This document shows, in pieces, positions 55,483 to 62,805 of a stretch of 64,000 nucleotides of DNA. The position numbers and the translations under genes were made by a program. Position 1 is the first letter of the stretch; every line of letters begins with the position of its first letter. Source of the stretch: an uncultured Rhodospirillaceae bacterium (GTDB lineage: Bacteria; Pseudomonadota; Alphaproteobacteria; UBA8366); assembly GCA_964408805.1 (NCBI GenBank), contig CAYPAV010000001.1, forward strand, positions 408,779 through 472,778, in the 5' to 3' direction. A model generated the notes under the pieces. The model was not told the DNA's origin. It was given only the letters and a program-made list of their open reading frames with translations, and made no database searches.

Positions 55483-56616
55483 ATGGACTTCTCGCTTACC
55501 GAAGAGCAACAGCTTCTCAAGGACAGCGTCGACCGCTTCGTGCGGGAGAACTACGAATTCGAGGACCGGCGCAAGCTGGCCGCGACGACGGAAGGGTATA
55601 GCGAGGAAAATTGGAAGCAGATGGCGGAACTCGGCTGGCTCGGCGTTGCCTTGCCCGAGGAATATGGCGGCATCGGCGGCGGCGCCACCGAGATCATGGT
55701 GATCATGGAAGGCTTCGGGCGCGGCCTCGTGCTGGAACCGTTTTTCGCCAGCGTCGTGCTCGGCGGCAATCTGATCGTCGAAGCCGGGAGCACTGCCCAG
55801 AAGGAAGATCTGCTGCCGAAACTCGCCGATGGTGGATTGAAGCTCGCCTTCGCCTATGCGGAGCGCCAGGCCCGGTTCGACCTGTTCGATGTCGCCACCA
55901 CGGCCGAGAAGGTTGGCGACGGCTATGTCCTCAAGGGCGACAAGGGGGTCGTCTTCGGGGCCGGAACGGCGGATAAGATCATCGTCTCGGCGCGGACCTC
56001 CGGCGGCCAGCGCGACACGGACGGCATCACGCTCTTCCTGGTCGATAACGATGCCGATGGGTTGGAGCGGCGCGACTACGCCACTAACGACGCCGGCCGC
56101 GCTTCGGAGGTCTCGCTCAATGGGGTCAAACTCGGTGCCGACGCGGTGCTGGGTACGGTCGGCGACGGCTATGCGGCGATCGAGGCGGTGGCCGAAAAGG
56201 CGGTCGCGGCCCTTTGCGCCGAAGCGGTCGGCTGCTTCGATGTGCTCAAGGAAGAGACCAATGAATACCTGAAGACCCGCGAGCAGTTCGGCCAGCCGAT
56301 CGGCAAGTTCCAGGTGTTGCAACATCGCATGGTCGATATGCTGATCAATTGCGAGGAAGCCCGTTCGATGTGCTACGTCGCGACCGCCATGGTCGACAGC
56401 GACGACGCGGCGGAGCGCGCCCGCTCGATCGCCGCCGCGAAGGCGCAGATCGGCAAGAGCGGCCGCTTCGTCGGGCAGAACGCCATCCAGCTACATGGCG
56501 GCATGGGCATGACCGACGAGTTGAAGGTCGGCCACTACTTCAAGCGCGCGACCCTGATCGACCTCACCTTCGGCGACCAGGATCATCACACCAAGCGCTT
56601 CGCCGAGATGACCTGA
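55483..56616 (+). CDS. Acyl-CoA dehydrogenase family protein (second, adjacent paralog)
   Basis: 377 aa with MDFSLTEEQQLLKDSV, KFQVLQHRMVDM and IQLHGGMGMTDE blocks. Confidence 0.88.
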   Translation: MDFSLTEEQQLLKDSVDRFVRENYEFEDRRKLAATTEGYSEENWKQMAELGWLGVALPEEYGGIGGGATEIMVIMEGFGRGLVLEPFFASVVLGGNLIVEAGSTAQKEDLLPKLADGGLKLAFAYAERQARFDLFDVATTAEKVGDGYVLKGDKGVVFGAGTADKIIVSARTSGGQRDTDGITLFLVDNDADGLERRDYATNDAGRASEVSLNGVKLGADAVLGTVGDGYAAIEAVAEKAVAALCAEAVGCFDVLKEETNEYLKTREQFGQPIGKFQVLQHRMVDMLINCEEARSMCYVATAMVDSDDAAERARSIAAAKAQIGKSGRFVGQNAIQLHGGMGMTDELKVGHYFKRATLIDLTFGDQDHHTKRFAEMT

Positions 56617-56641
56617 CCGGCGGCGGCCTCAGTGCCGCCGG
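56617..56641. terminator. Hairpin between convergent ACAD and hsp20 genes (8-bp GC stem)
   Basis: CCGGCGGC (56617-56624) pairs with GCCGCCGG (56634-56641) across a 9-nt loop that contains the hsp20 stop. There is no U-tract, so function is uncertain. Confidence 0.25.
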
Positions 56642-57060
56642 ACCGGGATCTTCAACGCCGGCTCGGCGCCGTTGGCCCGTTTCGGCACCTTGATCGTCAG
56701 CACGCCGTCGGTGAAATTGGCGCCGATCTTTTCGGGCGCCACATCCTCGGGAATGCGGAACGACCGGTGGAAGGTGCCGTATCGCCGTTCGGAGAAGTAG
56801 AATGTCTTACCCTTCTCCTCATGGGCGGTGCGCTTCTCGCCCTTCACGGTCAGGATATTGTCCTTTAATTCGACCATGATGTCGTCTTCCGAGATTCCCG
56901 GCAGCTCCATATTGATTTCATAGAAATCGTCGGTTGCCGCCGCATCGGCGGAAGGGGCGAAGAAGTCGGCGATCTTGTCGCCCAACTGCTTCATGGGGTC
57001 CATGACATGCGGCCAGAACCCCGTCTCGTGACCGGCCGCGGTATGCGTTTTTTCGACCAT
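56629..57060 (-). CDS. Hsp20/alpha-crystallin family small heat-shock protein
   Basis: 143 aa with an alpha-crystallin domain containing INMELPGISEDDIMVELKDNILTVKGEK...RRYGTFHRSFRIPEDV...GVLTIKVPK. Confidence 0.9.
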   Translation of the reverse strand: MVEKTHTAAGHETGFWPHVMDPMKQLGDKIADFFAPSADAAATDDFYEINMELPGISEDDIMVELKDNILTVKGEKRTAHEEKGKTFYFSERRYGTFHRSFRIPEDVAPEKIGANFTDGVLTIKVPKRANGAEPALKIPVRRH

Positions 57061-57106
57061 CGTCGATCCTCCGCTTCAATGGTGATCCGATAGTCAGAGC
57101 GTAGGA
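57061..57106 (-). promoter_or_regulatory. Candidate ROSE-like RNA thermometer (SD-masking helix) in the hsp20 5' UTR
   Basis: On the mRNA strand, UCCUACGCU (57106-57098) can pair with AGCGGAGGA (57075-67), which contains the SD 6 nt before the AUG. This gives 8 pairs with one internal A.G mismatch and a 22-nt loop. The anti-SD aCGCU is close to the ROSE U(U/C)GCU motif. Confidence 0.3.
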
Positions 57107-57149
57107 CCGCCCCGGGGTGCGGGGCATTGAGGGAAATCAATATTCCGCG

Positions 57150-59108
57150 TTAAAGCACTAGGCCCAGCAGATGGCCACCCTGGATCGCCGACATCAGGTC
57201 GCGGGGCGACTGGCAATCGCCGATGCGGTGGGTGGCGACCCGCCCCTCGAGGTCCTGACTCAATTCGTCCCGGGCGATGCGCGGCGTGGCATGGATCACC
57301 CGCGCAATGTCGTCGATCACGCGGGCATCTTCGGTAAAGACGTTGCGGAGGGTCACGGTGCCGTCCCGGTAATCGGTCAGGTCGTGGGCGGGGAGGATTT
57401 CGACACCCGCCTGATGCAGCCGGCGATGGACGCCGATGGCGCTGCAATAATTCACGTTCCGGGCGATCTCGGGGCGTGGTGTGGCGAGAACGACGCCGGC
57501 ATGGCGGGCCGCAAGCAGATCCGCGATGCCGTAAACCGTCGGGCCATGGTCCATGTCGAAGAGAAGGGCGCGTTCCGACCTCGATGAGGACGTTTCGTCG
57601 GCCGCGATATAATCCCGCGCATCGATCACGGGATCTGCGTTGTCGACGAGGTTCGGCGGCCGGCGCGATCTCGCACCGGTGGCCAGAACCACGATATCGG
57701 GCGCTTCGGCCAGCAGCGCCACCGCCGCAATTCGCGCGCCCAACCGGAAGGTTACACCCGCCGCTTCCGCCATCCGCCGTTGATAGTCGATGATCCCCGC
57801 CATGGCGCTCCGTCCCGGAAGCCGGGCGTCGAGGCGAAGGTTCCCGCCGGGCTCTTCTCCGGCCCCGAACAGGATCACCGCGTGACCGCGCGCCGCCGCA
57901 ACCCAGGCGGCTTCGAGCCCGGCCGGCCCGGCGCCCACGACCAACACGCGGCACGGTGTTTCCGTCGGCGTCAGGCGGGTTTCAGCCTCGGCTTCACCAT
58001 TGGTTCCGAGGTAAGGGTTGTGATGTTCGGCAAGCGGTTTGCCCATATGCACCTCGCCCCAGCACCAGTTGTCGAAGACGCTTGGGCGAATGGTGTCGGA
58101 CCGGCCAGCCTCGGCCTTTCGCGGCCAGGCCGCATCCGCGATCAGCGCCCGTGTGGTACCGACGAGGTCACCATAACCCTCCGCCACGACCTTTTCCGCA
58201 AGATCGGGCGTGCCGATGCGGCCAAGGGCGATCACCGGCACGCCTTTCGCCGCCGCCCGCATGCGCTTCGGAATATCGATGAAATGACCGGGCCGGAAAT
58301 GAAGGTCCGGCACGTGGGTTTCCAGGCTGAGACTGAAATTGCCCTGACCGTAGGCGAAATAGTCGAAATCCCCACTCCCCGCGAGATGGCCAGTCAGGCG
58401 CGCCGCTTCTTCCACGTCGATGCCGCCGGGAACGCCTTCATCCCCCGGCATCTTCAGGCCGACAATGAATCCCGCCCCGCAGTGCGCGCGGATGCCGCCC
58501 GCGATCTCCCGGGCAAAGCGCGCGCGGCCTTCCAGGTCGCCGCCATATCGATCAGTGCGCGTGTTCGACCAGGGGGAGAGGAACTGACCGATCAGATAAC
58601 CGTGCGCGCCGTGCAGTTCCACGCCGGCGAAGCCACAGCGATGGAGGCGTTCGGCGGTCGCGACATAGGCGGCGGCGATCCGTTCGATCTCGTCCGCCGC
58701 CATGACGTGCGGCACGGTCCAGCTCAAGGCGTCGGGCAGGTCGGAGACGCCCATCGGCGACTTGGTCGGATGCCAAAGCTGCTGGCGGCCGGGATGCCAG
58801 AGCTGGCCGACCAACAACCCGCCCGCTTCCTCGACGGCCTCCGCCGTTCGCCGGAATCCCTCCTCGTTGGTGGCGTCGAAGCCGGTGACGATCGCCTGCT
58901 GGGCCAGGGCTTCCGCGTCGACCGCGATGATCTCCGACACCAGCAGTCCAACACCGCCCTTGGCGCGTTCGACCAGAAAATTCGTCCAGCGATCGGTGAC
59001 CTGGTTGGCCCGGCCGTAATTGGTCAGTGTCGCCGGTAGGACCGTGCGGTTTCGTACCCGCCGGCCGGCGATTTCGATCGGCGAGAAGAGCCGCGGGTAG
59101 GGAGACAT
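57150..59108 (-). CDS. Two-domain flavin oxidoreductase: N-terminal Old Yellow Enzyme TIM barrel + C-terminal FAD/NAD(P)-binding domain (FadH/NADH-oxidase-like architecture)
   Basis: 652 aa with LFSPIEIAGRRVRNR, VELHGAHGYLIGQFLSPWSNTRTDRYGG (OYE) and VLVVGAGPAGLEAAWVAAARGH (Rossmann). The inter-domain segment reads IRPSVFDNWCWGEV, where relatives carry a multi-Cys Fe-S motif. Confidence 0.85.
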   Translation of the reverse strand: MSPYPRLFSPIEIAGRRVRNRTVLPATLTNYGRANQVTDRWTNFLVERAKGGVGLLVSEIIAVDAEALAQQAIVTGFDATNEEGFRRTAEAVEEAGGLLVGQLWHPGRQQLWHPTKSPMGVSDLPDALSWTVPHVMAADEIERIAAAYVATAERLHRCGFAGVELHGAHGYLIGQFLSPWSNTRTDRYGGDLEGRARFAREIAGGIRAHCGAGFIVGLKMPGDEGVPGGIDVEEAARLTGHLAGSGDFDYFAYGQGNFSLSLETHVPDLHFRPGHFIDIPKRMRAAAKGVPVIALGRIGTPDLAEKVVAEGYGDLVGTTRALIADAAWPRKAEAGRSDTIRPSVFDNWCWGEVHMGKPLAEHHNPYLGTNGEAEAETRLTPTETPCRVLVVGAGPAGLEAAWVAAARGHAVILFGAGEEPGGNLRLDARLPGRSAMAGIIDYQRRMAEAAGVTFRLGARIAAVALLAEAPDIVVLATGARSRRPPNLVDNADPVIDARDYIAADETSSSRSERALLFDMDHGPTVYGIADLLAARHAGVVLATPRPEIARNVNYCSAIGVHRRLHQAGVEILPAHDLTDYRDGTVTLRNVFTEDARVIDDIARVIHATPRIARDELSQDLEGRVATHRIGDCQSPRDLMSAIQGGHLLGLVL

Positions 59109-59115
59109 GCTTCGC

Positions 59116-59484
59116 TCAGGTATCGCGCGCGCGCCGGGCCGCCTCGAGAACCGCCTCCGTTACCCGGACCGGCAGGGTTAAGGCAAGAAAGGACAGCGCC
59201 TTGCCGTGCCCGTCGAGATTGAGGCTGCTGTTGACCCCGCCCTGCAGCACGTCATCGAGGACAAAATTGAACGCCGCCAGCTTCGGCAGGTCGTAGCGCA
59301 CCGCCCGACTGGCGCCGCGATGGGCGAAGACCTCCAGCATCCGCGCCTCGGTCGCCTGCTCGGCGATCGGCGCATAGCCGCTGGGGTCATAGGGGATGAT
59401 GCTGACGTTCAACCGGTCGCCCTTGTCGCCGGTGCGGCCATGGGCGATTTCGTAGAGCGGGACTTCGACGGTGGCCTCAGTCAT
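59116..59484 (-). CDS. DUF4387-like small protein (partner of AtuA/DUF1446 proteins)
   Basis: Start at ATG 59484, overlapping the DUF1446 gene end by 8 nt. 122 aa, beginning MTEATVEVPLYEIAHGRTGDKGDRLNVSIIPYD. The rest of the 199-aa ORF is a spurious upstream extension. Confidence 0.7.
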   Translation of the reverse strand: MTEATVEVPLYEIAHGRTGDKGDRLNVSIIPYDPSGYAPIAEQATEARMLEVFAHRGASRAVRYDLPKLAAFNFVLDDVLQGGVNSSLNLDGHGKALSFLALTLPVRVTEAVLEAARRARDT

Positions 59485-60856
59485 CGCCGGCCTCGACCAG
59501 GCCGACTTTCGCCGAGACCGCGGCGCGCGGGACCAGGCAGGACCCGGTCTTGACCCGCCAGGTGGTCGAGCGACGAACGCCGGCCCCGCCCGCGGGACCG
59601 CTGCAATAGAGCGATTCGACCTCGCGCGCCACCAGGGCGGCGGTCGCCTCGTCGGCCGCATTGGCAGCGACCCGAAGGCGGACATCCTCGGGTGTTTCGG
59701 CGTCGAATGCGGCATTCAAGTCGCCGCTATCGCCGTCGAAGACGCTGACCGTGCCGATGAGGTCGGTCCGGAGATCGCAATCGAGCCCCAACACCTCGAC
59801 TCGTTCCTTCATGGTCTTGGCCGCCAATTGCGCGCGCGCCAATGCGTTCCGGCCGGCATAGGAAATCTCCCCCTCGCCGAGCCAGCCGCCATCGACGCTG
59901 ACCGTGGTCTTCAAGGTCTCGGGCGCGGGCCGACCCTTGGCGCCATGGATGCGGACCCGGTCCGGCCCGACCGCTTCGACCTCGACCTCGGAAATGTCCA
60001 AGGTCACATCCGGGGTCAAATAGGCGCGGGGATCGGAAATCTCGTAGAGGATCTGCTCCTTCACCGTTCGCGTGTTCACGACGCCGCCGGTGCCCTCGGG
60101 CTTGGTGACGATGAAACTCCCGTCCGGCTCCACTTCGGCGATGGGATAGCCCATCATGGCCATGCCGGACACGTCTTTCCGGCCGGGGTCGGCGTGGTAG
60201 CCGCCGGTGACCTGGGCGCCGCACTCCAACACATGACCCGCCAGGACGCCCGCCGCCATTAGGTCCCAATCGTCGTCGGCCCAGCCGAAATAATGCATCA
60301 AGGGCCCTAGGGTGAGGGCGGAATCGGTGACCCGTCCCGTGACCACTACATGGGGATCGAGAGCCAGCGCATCGGCGATCGGCCGCGATCCGAGATAGAC
60401 GTTGGCGGCGATGATCTCGGTATTGGCGAGGTCGAGCTGAACCTCTTCCTCCCAGGCCTCGGTCTCGATCCCGCGGATGCGATCGCGCAGGTCGTCGCCC
60501 TCGACGACCGCGATCCGGAGTCCCTCTATCCCGAGTTCTTCGGCGAGCCGGTGCAGCCGTTTCGCGGCACCGCGCGGGTTGGCGGCGCCGAAATTGCCGA
60601 TGATCGGCACACCGCTCTCGACACAGCGCCGCAGGACCGGGCCGAGGAACCCCGCGAGGTCCGCGGTATACCCCGCATCCGGGTCGGATTTCCGTTCCCG
60701 CTGGGCGATTGCGAGGGTGCGTTCGGCGAGCGTCTCGTAGCCGAGCGCCGCCGGCACGCCGGCCGCGATCAGGGCGTCGGCCACGGGCGCGCCCACATCC
60801 ATCCGATCGTTGGCGAAGCCGGCAGCGTTGCCGATGTGAACCTTGGGTGGAGTCAT
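59477..60856 (-). CDS. DUF1446 / AtuA-like (acyclic terpene utilisation protein A family) protein, biochemical function unknown
   Basis: 459 aa. N-terminus IGNAAGFANDRMD, plus YETLAERTLA, GANPRGAA and TGRVTDSALTLGPLMHYFGW blocks as I remember for this family. Confidence 0.75.
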   Translation of the reverse strand: MTPPKVHIGNAAGFANDRMDVGAPVADALIAAGVPAALGYETLAERTLAIAQRERKSDPDAGYTADLAGFLGPVLRRCVESGVPIIGNFGAANPRGAAKRLHRLAEELGIEGLRIAVVEGDDLRDRIRGIETEAWEEEVQLDLANTEIIAANVYLGSRPIADALALDPHVVVTGRVTDSALTLGPLMHYFGWADDDWDLMAAGVLAGHVLECGAQVTGGYHADPGRKDVSGMAMMGYPIAEVEPDGSFIVTKPEGTGGVVNTRTVKEQILYEISDPRAYLTPDVTLDISEVEVEAVGPDRVRIHGAKGRPAPETLKTTVSVDGGWLGEGEISYAGRNALARAQLAAKTMKERVEVLGLDCDLRTDLIGTVSVFDGDSGDLNAAFDAETPEDVRLRVAANAADEATAALVAREVESLYCSGPAGGAGVRRSTTWRVKTGSCLVPRAAVSAKVGLVEAGDD

Positions 60857-60860
60857 ACTC

Positions 60861-61700
60861 TCAAACCTTCTTCTTGGCGGCGCCGACAGCGAAATCCTGG
60901 CAGGTCAGGCCGGCGCGCAAGCCCCAAAGCCGCGCCGTCTCATTGATATGACTTACCACGCCGCTCTCCCAAAGCGAGCGGGCGTCGCCGATCCGCGCCG
61001 TCTTACCGTCGATCACCGCCCCCGCGATGCCCTTGTCGTCGAGCAGCGGCAGGCGGCTGAGCCCGGCCTGGTCTCGGCCGATACCGGCGTCATGGAAGAC
61101 CGCCGCCTTTACGGGCTGGTAGATGGCGGTGCCGCTCGCCCGGTTGGCCGCCAGCACGCCGCCGTGCGAGCCGGTGATGACGATCCGCCCGGCATCCTCC
61201 GGGATCAGGAGGGAGGCCGAATCGAGACCCCAGACCTCCGGCTCGCCGGGCTCGGCGCGCAGCTTGTAGCGGGCCTCCTCGAACGGGTCGGGCGCCATCG
61301 TCGCGACCGGGCCGAGGCGCATCTTCCGGGCGGCCTCCAGGGCCGCTTCCCCGACGGCGCAGCCGAGCGCCCCCGCCGCCTTGTTGGTATAGCTGACGAT
61401 GCCGCGCTGGATCATGTCCTCGCCGTCGCCGATGCGGCCCGTCATGTGCGCGATCGTCGCCGCCGCGATGCCGAAGGCGTCCAGGTAATCGAGGCTGGCG
61501 ATCCCCGCCTTATCCTTGCCGATCCCCGCATCGTTCAGGATGACGCCCCGCGCCGCCGCCTTGGCGATCAGATAACCGGGATAGACGCCGCCATGGCTGC
61601 CGGCCACGATGACGGAATCCTCATGCTCGGGCGCCGGTTTGGTGACCGTATCGAGCACCCAGATCGGCACGTCGTCGTCGGAGGCATTGCGGCCGGCCAT
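60861..61700 (-). CDS. Unknown-function protein built from two tandem copies of a ~120-aa domain (GSHGG / DAGIG[KR]D / RIGD motifs)
   Basis: 279 aa. Half 1 (IWVLDT...VIVAGSHGGV...ILNDAGIGKDKAGIASLDYLD..GRIGDGEDM..GIVSYTN) aligns by eye with half 2 (VWGLDS...IVITGSHGGV...VFHDAGIGRDQAGLSRLPLLD..ARIGDARSL..GVVSHIN). AAGGAG SD upstream. The stop lies 4 nt before the DUF1446 ATG. Confidence 0.65.
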   Translation of the reverse strand: MAGRNASDDDVPIWVLDTVTKPAPEHEDSVIVAGSHGGVYPGYLIAKAAARGVILNDAGIGKDKAGIASLDYLDAFGIAAATIAHMTGRIGDGEDMIQRGIVSYTNKAAGALGCAVGEAALEAARKMRLGPVATMAPDPFEEARYKLRAEPGEPEVWGLDSASLLIPEDAGRIVITGSHGGVLAANRASGTAIYQPVKAAVFHDAGIGRDQAGLSRLPLLDDKGIAGAVIDGKTARIGDARSLWESGVVSHINETARLWGLRAGLTCQDFAVGAAKKKV

Positions 61701-61735
61701 TTTCCATGGGCTCCTTGTTCGGAATTGACCCCAAA

Positions 61736-61764
61736 GATATAACGCACCGCGAAATTTGTCGGAA
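61736..61764 (-). promoter_or_regulatory. Candidate internal promoter (TTCCGA-17 nt-TATATC on the minus strand) ahead of the duplicated-domain/DUF1446/DUF4387/OYE genes
   Basis: In the only sizeable gap (67 nt) of the cluster: -35 at 61764-61759, -10 at 61741-61736, 35 nt before ATG 61700. Confidence 0.25.
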
Positions 61765-61767
61765 ACC

Positions 61768-62793
61768 CTAATCCACTTTGATCAGCAGCTTGCCGGTATT
61801 CTCGCCGCGATAGAGCATTTCGATGGCGCCGGGGGCGTGGTCCAGCCCGTCCAAGATATGTTCCTGGTAGGTCAGCTTTCCGTCGCGCACCCAATCGGCC
61901 AACTTGTCGATCGCCTCGCCGTAGCGATCGATGTAATCGAACAGCAGGAACCCCTGCATCCGGGCGCGCTTGACCAGCAGATGGCGATGTACCCGGGGGC
62001 CGGCGGGCCAAGGCACCCAATCGGCCACCGACGCGGTTCCGCAGATCGAAATCCGCGCGCCCATCGCCAAATGTTCCATCACCGCGTCGCTGATCGGGCC
62101 GCAGGTATTGTCGAAATAGACATCGACCCCGTCGGGGCAGGCCGCGCCGATCTCCCGGACCAGATCGCCGCCGCTCTTGTAGTCGATGGCCGTGTCGTAG
62201 CCGAAGCTCTCGCGGCAAAGCGCGATCTTTTCAGGCCCGCCGGCGATGCCGACGGTGCGGCAGCCGAGGATCTTTGCGATCTGGCCGACGCAGGATCCGA
62301 CCGAACCCGCCGCCGTAGAGACGACGACCGTCTCGCCCGCTTTCGGGTCGGTGATATCGATCAGGCCGAAATAGGCGGTGACCCCGTTCACCCCCAGGAT
62401 GCCGAGCGCCAGTGAGATCGGCAGGTCCGTCTCCCGCACCTCGCGGGTGACGCTCTCTCCCGTGGCGGCCGCGAAGCGCTGCCAGCCGAACATGCCGGCC
62501 ACGATGGCCCCTTCGGCGTAATCCGGGTTGCGGGACGCCACCACCTCGCCCACGGCGAACGACCGCATGACGTCGCCGACCGGGACGGGTGGGGAATAAT
62601 TCGGCGCGTCGTTGACCCAGCCCCGCATCGCCGGATCGACCGAAAGAAAATGATTGTGGACGAGGATTTCGCCGTCCGCGAGCTCGGCGACCGGTGCCTC
62701 CTCGACCCGAAAATGGCCGGGGGTCGGCACCCCTTTCGGGCGGTCGGCGAGAACGACGCGCCGGTTGACCAGATTGGCGGGATCGACGGTCAT
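61768..62793 (-). CDS. NADP-dependent oxidoreductase, MDR superfamily (alkenal/one or enone reductase-like, zinc-independent)
   Basis: 341 aa with ETVVVSTAAGSVGSCVGQIAKILGCRTVGIAGG (AxxGxxG) and C-terminal LYRGENTGKLLIKV, typical of the YncB/CurA/leukotriene-B4-dehydrogenase subgroup. Confidence 0.85.
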   Translation of the reverse strand: MTVDPANLVNRRVVLADRPKGVPTPGHFRVEEAPVAELADGEILVHNHFLSVDPAMRGWVNDAPNYSPPVPVGDVMRSFAVGEVVASRNPDYAEGAIVAGMFGWQRFAAATGESVTREVRETDLPISLALGILGVNGVTAYFGLIDITDPKAGETVVVSTAAGSVGSCVGQIAKILGCRTVGIAGGPEKIALCRESFGYDTAIDYKSGGDLVREIGAACPDGVDVYFDNTCGPISDAVMEHLAMGARISICGTASVADWVPWPAGPRVHRHLLVKRARMQGFLLFDYIDRYGEAIDKLADWVRDGKLTYQEHILDGLDHAPGAIEMLYRGENTGKLLIKVD

Positions 62794-62805
62794 TGGGCTC
62801 TCCCC

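Noticed and set aside
54199-56325. 708-aa ORF antisense to both acyl-CoA dehydrogenase genes (also 47150..48454 antisense to gcvP, and 38609..39610 / 39722..40843 antisense to the DsbD-like gene)
   Set aside because: These are long open antisense frames expected from GC3-rich coding on the opposite strand. They have no motifs, and the 708-aa ORF crosses an intergenic gap.
57107-57149. Sigma32-type heat-shock promoter upstream of hsp20 (TTGATT ... CCCCGCAC)
   Set aside because: The spacing between the -35-like and CCCC-containing -10-like elements is only about 10 nt, against the expected 13-17 nt. I do not call a promoter here.
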